From contig CP154954.1 of NCBI GenBank assembly GCA_039621445.1, forward strand, positions 48,463,847 through 48,527,846: DNA of 64,000 nt. Reading direction: 5' to 3'. Source of the DNA: Euglena gracilis (lineage: Eukaryota). The notes under the pieces are model-generated. The model searched no databases. It was not told the DNA's origin and saw only the letters and a list, made by a program, of their open reading frames with translations. Positions 40,536 through 53,424 of the stretch are shown here, in pieces; position 1 is the first letter of the stretch, and each line of letters opens with the position of its first letter. The position numbers were made by a program, and so were the translations under genes.

Positions 40536-41561
40536 GTCACGACATAATGAACATCAAATTCCAGCAGTGGTTGTTTCACAGCATTTGGGGGCTCAACTTT
40601 TAAGGCAACAGCAAGACAAATTGATATCCGAAAATGATATCCTGGTCCGATGGGGATAGAGGATCAAATACCAGCATTTTTTTTGTCACAAAACCTTATT
40701 GCAGACTGTTGCATTTTCGCATTGTTTCCGTTGCTTTTCTTCCGTTGCTTTTTGTATTTTATGTGTGCCAAGTTGCAGTGGCCAGTACTTTTTTAAAGCA
40801 AAAGGAACAAGCATGGATGTCTATTTCGACAATTAAGCACGACATGCATTTCGACAACCACGATGTCCTGTCATTGTCATATTTGTACCCAGAAGTTTCA
40901 GCCTTTGTAGGGGGGATATTCAGGCCCTGATAAACTGAACCGGAGATTCCCGAAACTCGAATATCCTGAATAACCGTTCTGGACCAATGAAATTTTTGTG
41001 GACACGTAGCAGAAGGAAGGCTGTTGGAAGGGGGGTACGGGAAAATGCAGGCACTTTTTATTGAATTTTGTCTTTTTTTTATGGCAAAGTCTTTTTTCGT
41101 TGTTTTTTTCCGAGTCTTCCAGAAGGAAAAAATGACTAGGAAGCATTTGGCATTTCGCGCCAGACTTGCTCCGTGGCAACATTTTATTTTTTATGTCATT
41201 TTTGAAACCAAAGTGGGAATTTTTGGAATCAAGGATTCCTCAAAATTTTTACAATCAGGCTATTGCTTAAGGGTTCGAAGCACCCCAGGGAGGGGGGAAG
41301 CTGGAATGCAGCTAGTCTAAATTTGGCTGGTGGAAATTCTAGTGAACCCCCCCGGGGGGGGTCCACTACCAGGGCCAGCCAGTGGAATTTTTTTCCAGTG
41401 ACCAGCACAAAGTGCTGAATTTTTTTGGACTCTCAAAACTTGCCACATAATTCCCATTTCTGGCCAACTTTGTTGTTTTTTTTGGATAAAATCAGTCTCA
41501 TTTCCACCTCGGCAAGCAGCGTCGGATGATTTTTTTTTCCAGTCTGGGGGGGACTCCGGAC

Positions 41562-41845
41562 TAGGGGTTGTTTTTTTAGTCTTGGACCCCGGAGGGGGGG
41601 TGGGGGGGTTTGGCTGAGCCCGGGTGGGGGGGTCCCCCTGGGGACCCCCGGCCCCGGAGGGGATATACTTTTCGGCGCCAAAGGCACCGAAATTTTTTTA
41701 ACAAAGGTGCTATTTTGAGCATTTTCGCGATTTTTGACCATTTTCGGGGAAAACTGAGTGGGTCCCCCGGGACCCCCCCCCCTTCCCAGGGGGTGGTGGG
41801 TGGGGGGGACCCCCCTCCCCCCGGTTTTTTTTAAAAAAAACCCTG
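41562..41845. mobile_element. hAT-type MITE with perfect 8-bp TSD
   Basis: ctccggac|TAGGGGTTG...AAACCCTG|ctccggac; same family as 50146-50418 and 57098-57340. Confidence 0.85.
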
Positions 41846-42039
41846 CTCCGGACCCCCCGGGGGGGAGGGGTCTAGCTGGTGGCTTTTGTGTCTAGCAAAA
41901 TGGCTATCCAGTGGAACCCCAGGGTTCCCAAGGAATAGTCTGGTTACAATCATTTTTTTTGAATTCCTGGTGCAACCCCAAAGTGGTTGTTTTGTTTTGT
42001 TGAGAAGCCAAAGAATCTGCTGTCCCAGTTCCCCTTCAG

Positions 42040-42150
42040 TCACTATGCTGTGTGCCGATGAGCGTGGCTGGAAGAAGCTGCTGAAGAAGCATTTGCTCTC
42101 CCCCAACACCAAAGTGACGGCCAAGAGCTTTGTGGAGCTGTTTGAGTACG
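42040..42150 (+). CDS. Exon of gene A
   Basis: ccccttcag| (V)TMLCADERGWKKLLKKHLLSPNTKVTAKSFVELFEY(G) |gtgtgt. Confidence 0.8.
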
Positions 42151-43650
42151 GTGTGTGTCCGGGAGGAAGTTATAGGCGAAGGGACAGTGGCTGGTTCATC
42201 GTTAATTATACTTTGAGGGGGTGGGGGGCCGCCAGTCGAGAAGACCGCCAGCCCCTTATTTCTTTTACTTCTTTGCTGATTTCTTTCTTTGCTTTACTGG
42301 CTTTCCTGACCGGGTTGAAGGGAACCACCCCAACTCGGTGGTGGCGTGCACCAGGTGATCCGGCATAATGTTGTCCAGCTTTGCAAGATCACCTCTGGGT
42401 CGGCATCTTTGCCGGAGGGAGTTAATACAAATTTCCAAGAAAAATGCGGAAACAATTGAAAGACCTCTCCCCACTCCAGGTGCTGAACAGTACAAACATG
42501 TGGCCCATGTGACCCATTTCACCCAATGGCAAAAATTGGTTTTTTCACACAGTTTCAGTCTTTTTGTAACCTGTGTTTTTTTGTGGTTTTTTTATGTTTT
42601 TTTTCCTGGCGATTTTTCGATTCCAGCTGGAATCGAAAAATTCCAGCAGAATCGGGAAAAAAGAATGAAAAATTTTAACCTTGAAAAATTCTGCTCTTTG
42701 AACCCACTTTTCGCTGAAATAAGTTTTTTTTCCATCCTCTGACATTTTTCGAGTGTATTTTTACCAACAAATTGCATTTTTCGAATGAGCCTGTTCCCAA
42801 ATGTTAGCCCAAAAATACATCAAAATGAAATCAACATTTTTTTGCATAATGTGTAGTTGTTTGCAAAATTTGCGGTTTTCCCCTTTGCGTTTTTGTTTGT
42901 CGCGTTTTCGATGGTCTCAGTTAAGCCACCCCCCCCCCCAAGGTTGTGCCGTTCTCTGACTTCTGAGATTGTGGAAACGTGCCTTCGCTGGCAAAAGCTT
43001 CTCGCAGTCAGGGCTCCGCCAAAAGCCTGGACAAGGTAGTGTTGCTTGGCGTCGATTCGTGGCAACCGGACCCCTCCCCCGCCCATGGCGGTGCACCAAA
43101 AATGAATGCACGACCCAGCGCATTGTGCGTTGAAAGGTGTCAGGTGCTCATTCAGATCAATCCAGAATTTGCATTTTTTTGGGGTCTCCGGGTAACGGAA
43201 TCAGCCCCCTTTTTCATTTGGTTTTCGAAGCGATTATTTGGGCAGTCAAATTGACCCTTGCTGAAAACTCGAATTCTTTTTCGGACTGCCTCCGAGAAGT
43301 GTGGCGAAAACGGAGAAGAAAATTCCCTGGCCATGTGTCAGGCCAACCCGCTCCCGGGGGGGGGAGGGTCCCAGCAAATGTGGAATCCTAACTTTTGTAA
43401 CGATGTGCATGTTGCAGTTACCATTTCTTTCAAATCGTCGACATCAAATTAGTCCGTGAATTTGTCCGTGATTTTTTCCCCTCTGTGCAAATGGGCAGAA
43501 AAAAAACGGACAGGTTCTGACAGGTTCGGAAGCAGATGATCTGCCACTGAGTGCAGTCGCCGTGTTTGATATTGAAGAATGTTTCTCTTTATAACACAAA
43601 TAACACAAAAAACACAAATTCCCGTTCAGTTATACGTTCCCAACATTCTC

Positions 43651-43903
43651 CTGCAAAAGTGGTTACCTTAGCCTCCGCGGAGCCTCCTCGGTGCCTCCGC
43701 GGAGGCTGGTTACCCTGAGCCTCCGCGGAGGCTGGTTATTTCAGAGCCTCCGCGGAGGCTGGCGATCTCGGAGCCTCCGCGGAGGCTGGTTACCTTAGCC
43801 TCTGTGGAGGCTGGTTTCCTTTGCCTCTGTGGAGGCTCCGCGGAGACTGGTTACCTTGAGCCTCCGCGGAGGCAACCAAAAAGTTAGGATTCCACTTTTG
43901 CAG
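43651..43903. mobile_element. MITE-like unit filled with an array of palindromes
   Basis: TIR CTGCAAAAGTGG...CCACTTTTGCAG; interior repeats of AGCCTCCGCGGAGGCT at ~26-bp spacing. Confidence 0.75.
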
Positions 43904-44088
43904 CAGACCCCCGGGGGTACACGTCATGGAGGGGGGAGCACGTTGGCCCTGACAGTTTTCTTGGGCCAAGCCACCCAACGAAATTCCTGGAAGGGAAGGG
44001 AGGGGGGCATTTGACCCCAACAAACCAGCTTGGAGGGGGAAGGGGAATACTGCGGGCGCGCCGACGAGTGTGCCCCCGGCCGCCCCAG

Positions 44089-44167
44089 GGGGCGTGGCGG
44101 ACGTGGCCCTCCGCCTGGACACGGGCAGCGCGCTGCAGACGCTGGTGGCGGACTTCGTCTACACCGT
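44089..44167 (+). CDS. Exon of gene A
   Basis: gccccag| (G)GVADVALRLDTGSALQTLVADFVYT(V); phase 1 matches 42150. Confidence 0.8.
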
Positions 44168-44245
44168 GCGCAGGGCATTTCGGAAGCCGGACCCCACTCG
44201 TCCCCCCCGGCCGGGGGGGGGGTCCTTGAGGAATTCCCTGACCGT
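44168..44245 (+). other. Candidate euglenid-type non-conventional intron (78 nt) corresponding to a MITE plus one TSD copy
   Basis: T|gcgCAGGG...CCCTGaccgt|G: CAG at +4..+6 and CTG at -8..-6; flanks accgtgcg/accgtgct; inner ggacccc/ggggtcc stem. Confidence 0.8.
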
Positions 44246-44280
44246 GCTGCGGCGGGTGAACGACCTGACAAAGGAGACCC
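44246..44280 (+). CDS. Exon of gene A
   Basis: LRRVNDLTKET then |gtgggg in phase 1, matching the acceptor at 45672. Confidence 0.65.
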
Positions 44281-45671
44281 GTGGGGAGGACGACACAGTC
44301 CCCACGCACCAGCTCGATGTGGACTAGCGTGGCCCCCCGCAACTCCCTCCAAACCACCCACCACCCACCCGCCATTCGTGATGCCCTCGCCAAGCGATGC
44401 ACTGGACTGTGCATGCGTGACCAGCTTCGAGTCGAGGGTTGTGTTCCTGGTGCATGTGGTGAGACAATGGCAGTGTTCTTCAAGGCCTTCGAGCTTTTGA
44501 CAAGTCGATTGGATTTATTTTTCTTTCTAATCTGAGAATGGTATTTTGACAAGACCACAAAAGCACAAATTGGACCTTTTGAGTCGAACATGAGATTTCG
44601 GTCAGTGTTTGATCCCTCTTGGTGGGTTCTCTTCAGATTTTGGGCTCCAGAATCCCAAGCAGCAGTTAAAGATGAATTTTCGAAGACATCTTCAAAATCA
44701 GCTTCAGCATCAGCTTAGGCATTTGGGTTAGGATTTGTTTGTTTGGTTTTTTTGAAAGTGAAAACAATATCAACAAATTTTTCCTTCAGGCTGTCAGAGA
44801 TGTGACAAGCTTTTTTTGCTGAACCACAGAAGTTCTGAAATCCACAAAGGAATAAACCCCCTCCCAAATTATAACCCCCCTGGGTTATTATTTTTCGCCC
44901 AAAATCCTGGCCCAAGGGGGTATTATTTAGGGGGGGGGTAATAGCACCCCAAATTTTTCGAGATTTTTTGAAGTCCCATAGGATCCAAAATAGCACCCAA
45001 AACCCCCTTTGGTGTCATTTTTTTTGTGCTTTCTCATGAAATTTAGCATTTTAGCAGGCGAGATGATCCAGAAAAATTGATTTGTATTTTATTTGCAATT
45101 TTTTTATTTGTAATTTATCGTCAGCAATTATTATTTTTACCCAAATTCTCAGGGCAAAACCTGGGCCGTCGACCGGAAAATTAGGGGGTATTGCTCGGTC
45201 GGCGAAGTCTGACTCCGACGGGGGGGGGTATTACTTGGGGGGAGGGTTTTCCGAAGTTAGTGGAGACGAAAAAAAATACGTTTACATAACCCAAAGCAAA
45301 TTCGCAAAACGGAAAATGCTGAAAATGCGGATTCTTTTTTTTCTTTGCTCCATGAACACACACACACACACACACACACCCACCCACACACCCACATACA
45401 CACACAAGCACACACGCACACACACAACACACACAAAAGAAAAGCCATTTGGGAGCAATGAAAGAAAATGGCGAATGGTTAACCTCAAGTGTGTAGATTC
45501 TCTGCCCCTGCGCCGGTCAAGGACGTCTCAAAGCGCAGCCCCCCCCCCCCCCCTGGAGGCCGTGGGAACAAGAAAGCAATTTTTTTTGGCTCATTCCAAC
45601 TTGTTTTTTCTGGCGGGGGGCAGTTGGTGCTCCGAGGGACGGGCTGCGGATGCTCTGCGCCTCGTCCCCAG

Positions 45672-45760
45672 CCCGCCTCGACCCCATGCTCTGGCCGCTC
45701 CTCTGCCTCCTCTGCCACCTCCCCGGGCTGTGGGCGGACGGCCAAACCGCCTGCGTCAAG
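45672..45760 (+). CDS. Exon of gene A
   Basis: tccccag| RLDPMLWPLLCLLCHLPGLWADGQTACVK |gtgggg; may extend further. Confidence 0.65.
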
Positions 45761-46795
45761 GTGGGGTACCTGGAGTACGGGTACCCCCACCGGCCGCGCC
45801 TCACGCTGCTTTGGGGACCTCGACTGACGACTCATCAAGCCCCGCTCCCCTCCCCCCACCACCTGCCGCGATTCAGAGCTGATTGATTGGCCGAACCCGA
45901 TGGGCAAACCCCAACCAGGCTGAAGCAAACCTGCGGCTTTACTTGGGGGTTCTGTCAAAGCACACACAGTAGTTGTTCGGTGGGTTCACTGGGCCTGCCC
46001 ACGAGTTGCTTCGATCTGGCCCACAGAATCGATAAGGGCTCATTCTATTGGGTCCAGCCCAGGGAAGGTGAGGCGCAGGCGCAGACAGAGAATGGACGCC
46101 ACAGCGCAACAGTGCCCCCCCCCAAAAGGACTGTTCTGGGGGCTCACCGATGCTTGCTCCAGCGGATCCTCCTGCATTCCCCGGACAGTTTGTGGGTTGT
46201 TTCCATGCGGGAGGGCGTCTTGTCCCCTCCCTTGGTCGTGGCTGAGCGCTGCACAGAATTTCCGCCTGAAAGCCGCTTGGAGCAGTTGTGTTCAGCATCA
46301 GGGATTTTTTTTTTGCAGGTTGCACCCCCGGCTAGGAGGAAGGGGGAATGGGGTGGGTGGTGGCAGATATTGATTTAGTGTGTTGGGGTGGCGACCCTCC
46401 TCCAACCACAGCGCTGGGGTGTGATTCCCTGCCACGCTTTACAGGGCCCAGGCCCACTATGTAGCTGAGGTGTCTAAAGATCTATCCGCTCAGTTGGAAA
46501 TCGCTCAGTTGTAAGATGTCTTACTTATCATATATGTCTGTGAATCGAGTTTTGTGGCCATCAACATTCTTTGTGGACACCAATTTTTTCCCCCTTGTGA
46601 ACCACACTACATGAATGTCTGGTGGGGTGTCCGCCTGACCCTCTACCCCCCACGGGTGGGGTACCCCCAAGAGCTTTGTGGGTGTAAGGAATCCCCCTCG
46701 AACCTTTCTGGACCTTGTCTCAGAAACTGCTCCGCTTCAGAGGTTTAAGGCTGTGTGTTTCTTCCGACGCCCCCCCTCCCCTCGTGGGCGGCCAG

Positions 46796-46933
46796 CGTGG
46801 GATGCGAGCCCAGCAGCTGCTGGAGGAGTACTGCTTCGTCTACATCTGCCTCGGCGGCCAGGACCCGATGCTCAACATGGACTGGTACCCGGACGCCTGC
46901 TGCTACGTCGACACCGCGGCGGCCAACCTGAGC
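46796..46933 (+). CDS. Exon of gene A
   Basis: ggccag| RGMRAQQLLEEYCFVYICLGGQDPMLNMDWYPDACCYVDTAAANLS |gtgtgc; strong GC3 bias. Confidence 0.8.
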
Positions 46934-47095
46934 GTGTGCTGCGCCGAGCGCAAGGCGCACCCGCTCGTTCAGCATGCCGACGCGTTTCGCCTTCCCCGGG
47001 TTGTTGTAACACCTTTCTGTTTCGCAATCTGTGGATGGGACGTTTTTTTTTTCGGGGTACTCTCTCTTCTGAATCGGTGTTGCTGTGGTTTCCAG

Positions 47096-47233
47096 GTGGT
47101 TGCTACCTGGAACCTTTGCTGCCCCCCCTCCCCAATCTCGCCTTGCGTTCGCAAGGGCCCCCCATTGCCTGGCTACTGGAAGGACGTGAACGAGCCACTG
47201 TATTGCAAAAGTGTGCCCCTCATTGGCTGTTGA
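47096..47233 (+). CDS. Possible downstream exon of gene A
   Basis: tttccag| in the same phase; ...GPPLPGYWKDVNEPLYCK; boundaries uncertain. Confidence 0.4.
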   Translation: MVATWNLCCPPSPISPCVRKGPPLPGYWKDVNEPLYCKSVPLIGC

Positions 47234-47791
47234 TGGGGGTCGGGGGCTTTTGCGGCAGTCTCAGGCCCCGCGAAACCACCTAAGGCCAGGTTGGTGAGTA
47301 TGGCTGCCTGAGGCCAAATGCTTGGGCTTTTCTTATGGATATGAAGCCGAGTGCCAAAGCATGTGCCAGTGGTGCATTTTAGCTGGAAACCCTCTTGGTG
47401 TTGTACCTTGGATATCCCCTCGGAGTGGACATCTGCACTTTATTTTAAAAACAGTTGCGCGGATTTCCAGTTTCACCCATAGCCGCCAATAAACATTTGC
47501 GGCAATTTCCATTGCTATTGTTGAGTTATATTCACGCCCCCACCAAGAAGTTGGTCTCCGGTCCCACCCTTGCAAACTTATGCCTCATTGGATTTGGCCT
47601 CGCATTATGGGTGGCCAGATATCATCATGCCACATGTCAATTTCTTCCCCCGGAGTGCACCTATTTTTGGCCAGATATTGCAAGTCCCCCCCCCATTTTT
47701 GACCGATTTTGCTGGACAGCTACAGAAAGGGGATCTGCTATTTAGATTCTTGGCGGGAAACCGAGGGGGGTTCTAGGAGGGGGGTTGTTAT

Positions 47792-48103
47792 CAGGCTGTT
47801 TTTAAGGTGGTGCCGACCCCACTCCGGGGGGGGGGATGCCTGCCTGGGCAGGCACTCCAAGGCACTCCCGATCCGACCCCCCCACCAGGGGGGGAGGTGG
47901 TTAGGGCACACGGCCAAAAGTGCCCTAGAACAGACCCCGGCGCCGAAGGCGCCGGGGAGCCAAAAATGGCCTATCTTCAAAGGAATGTGCCTGGGCGCAG
48001 GCCAAAATCCACCCCCTCCCCCCAGGGGGGGTAGTGCCTGCCTGGGCAGGCACCCCAAGGCACTCCGGACTCCCCCCCCCCGGGATTGGTAAAAAACAGC
48101 CTG
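47792..48103. mobile_element. hAT-type MITE with perfect 8-bp TSD
   Basis: gttgttat|CAGGCTG...CAGCCTG|gttgttat. Confidence 0.9.
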
Positions 48104-48963
48104 GTTGTTATTTGGTCTAAATTTGTTATTTGGTCAGAGGTCTGATTGGTGAGGTTGCTTTTTTGGTGGGGAGGACTTGTGTCGCGCATGGGCTCCTCCC
48201 CAAACCTCCCCACCTGAATAGTTGCACGGCCAAATGACTAATCTTTGGTCCCAAAAATTCCCCAGGATTGGGCGAAAATGCTAATTTGAAGGCATGGCTG
48301 CAGCAAGAGGTCTTATGCTGTTGCGTTGCTCTTTCCCTTCACTCTGTTCTGATGCATTCCCAGTGGAACACCCACTGAGAAAGTTTGATATTCTTTTCCA
48401 TGTGGGAAATTCTAGACCCCATTTGGCCCAAGCCCCCTGAGCTTTCGGCAAACTTTGTGTAGAAAACGCTTAATTTTTCGGTGTGCCAAGTTCCACAAAC
48501 CTTTGACTAATGAGGGGTCCCTGGGTACTCCAGGGACGGTCCAAGCCCTATCCCCCCCTGTGGTACACCCCCCCCCCAAACCCAGACACGGGAGAGACAC
48601 GGGAGAGGTTAGGCACCCTCACAGTTGCGGTTCAGCTTCTGCCGCAGAAGTTCTCTCAAGAAGCACATCTTTGTTGGGAAAACAGGATTGGGGGGTCCCT
48701 CGCCGTTCGGTGCTTCGGCCCCTGCCTCTCCATTGCACTCCAATGTCACTCCCTGCCCTCACAGCCCACACCCCGACCCTCACCCCCACCCCCACCCCCA
48801 CCACCAGCTTGACCCCAACGGCCTCCCTCAGCCCCACAGTCACCAACACCCGCACCGCCTCTTCGGCTGGGGCTCCTCAGGATGTTTGAGGGGGGAATGC
48901 GATACGGCCCGTAAGGCAGGGTTTGCGTTTAGTTTAGTGCCGGTTTGGGACCATTTGGTTGAC

Positions 48964-49355
48964 CAGGGGGTCTCTTAAGCCTGGGGGGGGTAGAGCCAGC
49001 CTTTTTCTTACCAGCAACTCACAGTCGGGCTGCGAACCCCCCCATGGTTCGCTGAAATGAAGTTCAGGCCAGCCCAGCAAAGCCAGGCTGGACCGAAGAA
49101 ATGTCCGGCGCAAAACACCAAAAACTTTGGGGAAAAGGGGGTCAAATGTGGCCCAAAATGGCCCTTTTTGGATTTTGCCTCTAAATTTTGGCCGAAAAAT
49201 GCCAACCCCGCTGGATTTGAGCTTTTGGGGGCATTGTTTTTTGGGCACTCGCCTGGTCCAGCTACCAGACCGGCCGGACCCCCCCCCCCCATCCTGCCAG
49301 CACCTTTTTCCAGCTGGCCTGCAGGACCACCCCCGGGTCCTTAAGAAAACCACTG
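48964..49355. mobile_element. hAT-type MITE
   Basis: tggttgac|CAGGGGG...ggtccttaagaaaacCACTG|ttgttgac (7/8 TSD). Confidence 0.7.
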
Positions 49356-50145
49356 TTGTTGACGTTTTTGGGGGGGGGAAGTCAGCAAACAATGCACCAC
49401 CCGAGCTGGTGTGGTACTTCTTATCGCACACAACAATTGATGAAACGGGGAATGCCAACAGAAATCGTGGTGACAGCGTCCTAGCTTGAGGCTGAGAGTG
49501 AAGGGAGGGGTAGTTCCGCACCTGTACTTGAACTGCTGCGACCTCCCCCTCCTTTATCAATTTAATACATTTCAAGCCACCTTTTGATTAAGAGAATTTG
49601 TCACCCAGTTTTCCGTTTTATTGACATTTTTTTTGCCTATTTCCCCCATAAAAAAAAACGAAACAAATCCTTTTTTTTACCGTTTAGCGTTCCCCCCAAA
49701 AAACAGCCGTATACCCCTGTATCCCTCAACTACAACTGCATCCCCTGGGCGGGGGTTGCGGGTCAGGAAGTCCCCCCCCCCGGTCGGGGGTTGCAGGTGA
49801 CCCCAAATATAATTAAGTCTCCATCAAGAGCTTTGGCACCTGGTTGTGCGACCACACCGTGGTCAGGGATTGGGAGTTGTGCATAGGGGTGCCCCTTTGG
49901 TTGGGGGTTGGGGGAACCCGGTCGTTGCACAAGGGTTACCAAGAGACTCCGTTTCCATTCCCACCTTCCTCTCTGAAACCAGTTCCTGAACAGAAGCCTG
50001 TGCCGGAGGGCCTCCACCGGGGTCACGCACCGAGTCGACAAGCAGGACCCTGACCCAGATCAGGCTTTTGCCAAATTCCGCTGGGGGGGAGGCTGAAATG
50101 CCTTGCCCCTCCTCCCTGGGCCAGTGGAAACCCTCCTCGTCCAAC

Positions 50146-50418
50146 CAGGGGTTTTTTTTAGACCCCCGGGGGGAGGGTGGGATAGGGTGGGTGGGTCCGA
50201 CCAAGCCCCCCTTTGGGGGGGGTTCCCCAGATGGGGGGTTGGGTTACTTTTTGGCGCCAAAGGTGCCGAAATTTTTTGAAAAGGTGCTATTTTTAGCATT
50301 TTCGCGATTTTTGGCCATTTTCGGGGGAAATCGGTTGGTCCCCCGGATCCCCCCCCCCCCGGAGGTGGGTGGGTGGGGGACCCCCCCCTCCCCCCCCGGT
50401 CTTTAAAAAAAGCCCCTG
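50146..50418. mobile_element. hAT-type MITE
   Basis: cgtccaac|CAGGGG...CCCCTG|cgtccgac (7/8 TSD). Confidence 0.85.
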
Positions 50419-51647
50419 CGTCCGACCCCCTCACCCCGCCCAGGTGTGTCAGCAAGCGCCTGACCCCAACGGGCTCCAGAACCAGAACCGAGACCGGAAG
50501 CCAAACCTACACTGCCAGCCGCACCAGGGAGGTCATCACTGCATTTCCGCTGGCAGCGGCTCGTGTCATGAACCCCCCCTTCTGGTTTACCACCACAGCT
50601 TGGTTGCACAGTTGGACAGCTGGGCACGTCCTTGCCAGGGTTGTGCGGGAATCCCCACAACCCTATGGGTGATGACCCACTCCCATCCTGGTGGCAGGCA
50701 ACCCCCCCACCAGGCTTTCCCATATTTTTGGGGGCACTGCTTTTCAGGTCTTTTTCCTTTCTTTAAGAAATACATTTCCTTTGGTGCCTTCAACGCCGAC
50801 GGAGTTTTCTTTTCAGTGATACCATGTTGGGTGGGGGGGTCGACCTACCCCTCACCTCCTGGATGGGGGGGGGTCCGAGCACCCCACGAGGCCTTTTCGT
50901 GCAGCCCTGGTTCTTCTGGCTGCCCTGGCTACAACATCTCGCCTTAAACCAAAGGAAAGGTGAGAACGACGCTTGCAACAGTTTGGCGTTGGGATATTCC
51001 AAGTGTGGAAGTTGTAATGGAGGTTTGCTTTGTGCATTTAACGAATACTCAAAATTTGAAAACAGTCTATGGCTTTTGTTTTTCCTCATCAAGGAAACAA
51101 AAGCAAGGTTTAATGAAGATAAAAGAACTGTCCATGTGTTGCTACAGTCAAATATTTCTTTTTTGATCTGAGAGAGGGACCTCGCATCAGCACACTAACG
51201 CCAACTGTGACACACAGTACAACCTCGTCCTTCACTCGCACCTGTACAGAGTCAGGTTCACGAACCTCAGCTGCGTTCCCATTATGACCCCCCCCGAAAC
51301 CATTGAATAAGATAGCACGCTCTCCATCGGGTTTGGCATGCATCCTTCTGTTACATCCGGCTGGCGAAGCAACGTCTTCCAGTTCCCAAAATTGTGGAAC
51401 CCCCCAATATGATGACGGCGTTATTGGACTTTTAATTTGGTAGTCATCTGGAGGGGGGTCGTTATAAATGGGGTTATACTATCAGAGAGGTCATTCATTC
51501 AGACAACAATCACCAAAAACCTCCCGGGTCTGCCCCAGGGGTTGGTTTGAGGAGGGTGCCACGGCTTTAGGTGGTGGTGGTTTCCCAGCGAAGAGGTTTG
51601 GACCCTCCGCCTGCCAAGGGGGGGTCCGGACCTGGGGGACCCACAAC

Positions 51648-52005
51648 CAAGTACCTATGAAATGACTGGGCATGGCTGGGCGTCCAAAAGTCTAGCAAGG
51701 CCAGTGGAAGTCCAATGGTGGCCAAATGTGGCCGGGTTTTCCAGTCACACCCAGTCATATGCCCAGTCACACCCAGTCACACTTTTTGACCACGTTCGAC
51801 CTTTTTTGGTTTTTTTTTGTCTGCTTCTGGCCCATTCGGATATTATTGGCCGCCAATGTATATTATTGAGTGTTTTTGGCCACTTCAAAAATTGCCAGAA
51901 ATTTTTTTGATATTGGGGGTTCTATGCGATAACTGGTTGTGAGTGAGCGTGACTGGGTGACTGAGGGTGACTGAGTCTGGGATTCTGGATGAACATAGGT
52001 GCTTG
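51648..52005. mobile_element. Short hAT derivative with GACTGGG-type subterminal repeats
   Basis: CAAGTACCTATG...CATAGGTGCTTG; flanks cccacaac/cccatgac (6/8). Confidence 0.7.
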
Positions 52006-53424
52006 CCCATGACCCCAAAAGTCATTTTTCCTCCATGTGGAATTTATTTGGCGATTTAACTTTTTTTTTTACCACAAAACAGTGTCCAAATAACATCTTG
52101 GGTCGATTTTGGCAATAATATTTTTCGTCCTGGTGCGAAGCTCCGGGCCGCACCACTGTTTTACCTCCTGCTGTCCCAGTTTTTTTTTTGCGATCATTCT
52201 TGGTCTTTATTCTTGTTGTTGTTGTTGCTGTTGTTGTTTTTGTTGTTGTTGTTGTTGTTCTTTTTGTTTGTTCCGGCGGCGTTTTTGTGCTTTCTTGTGT
52301 GCCACCTCATTTCTGACTCTTTGGCCCAGTGCTCCTCTCCGGGTCATTTCGTTTGGATTCCCCAATTTTCAGCCCGAAGAAGTTCAACACTCTTTCCACC
52401 AATTTCACAAGACACGCTGCCTCCGTGTGGTTCCAAAAGGAATTCAGATGGAACTTGCATATTGTTTGTGTGCATTTTTACACCTTTTTTTGTGTGCATT
52501 TTGCACATTTTTAAGAGGCGTGTCGCATTCCCCCCATCCCCCTGCTTCAGTTCCACAGGTCCCTTCCATTTCCCCCTGGGGCAAAGATTTTGAGGCTGAT
52601 ATATTAATTTTGTGCCGTCGGTTCTGCTTGCAAAGGAAAACTTGTATGTGGGTTGGAGGTCCCTCTGGGGGTGTCCATTCCCTCCCCCTACTGCACCCTG
52701 TATTGCCTTCCGGGGGCCTGGGCTTGGCCAGGGGTCCATCTTCAACGCACCCATCGGTGGTGCCGTGTGGTGTGGAACAAATGCTGATTTTGGGGACGTA
52801 TGGCGGACCACCACCCGCAGCACCAGTAGCACACCAACCCGCAGCGCCACCACCGAATCCGCCTCTCCTTCCAGAATCCTTCTAAGGTTTTTGCTAATTG
52901 CCGTACAAGCATTTGACGCTTCTGGTTTTATGCATGAGCGGGGTGTTTATGATTGTGGGGGTTATGTTTGTGCTGGATTGAATACACCTTTTTCCCAAAC
53001 AGCAGTGTATGAGTGCCCCTGCTTCGCAATAGGAGGGGTGCATCTCCTGTTGACATGCATGTCCGGTGTCAATGATTCGGTTGCTCGATGCTGGCACAAC
53101 CCTGACACACGTAGAAAGAAATGCAAACTTTTCTGGCCACCCTCTGGAACCGCCTGGAAAGCTTTTCATTGACCTTTTTTTTGACAGCACCTTGCCTCTG
53201 ACACTCTCTAATTCTGGAAAGAGCACCAAAAAAGCCGTTGCGCAGCTCTGTGTCGATTCTTCTGGTTTGTGTCCCAAAGCTGCAAATCCACATCTGACCA
53301 AAGTATTGTGTGGAATCGTTATGCGACAGTGCAAACGTCTCCGGAAGCCATTTCGTGTAGCGCATTTTATGCCCCAAACAAATAGTTTTCCTGTTTCGAA
53401 CAAACACTGTGCGAAGGAGAAGAG

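Noticed and set aside
43661-43875. CRISPR array of palindromic repeats
   Set aside because: Linkers are ~10 nt and similar to one another; eukaryotic intronic context.
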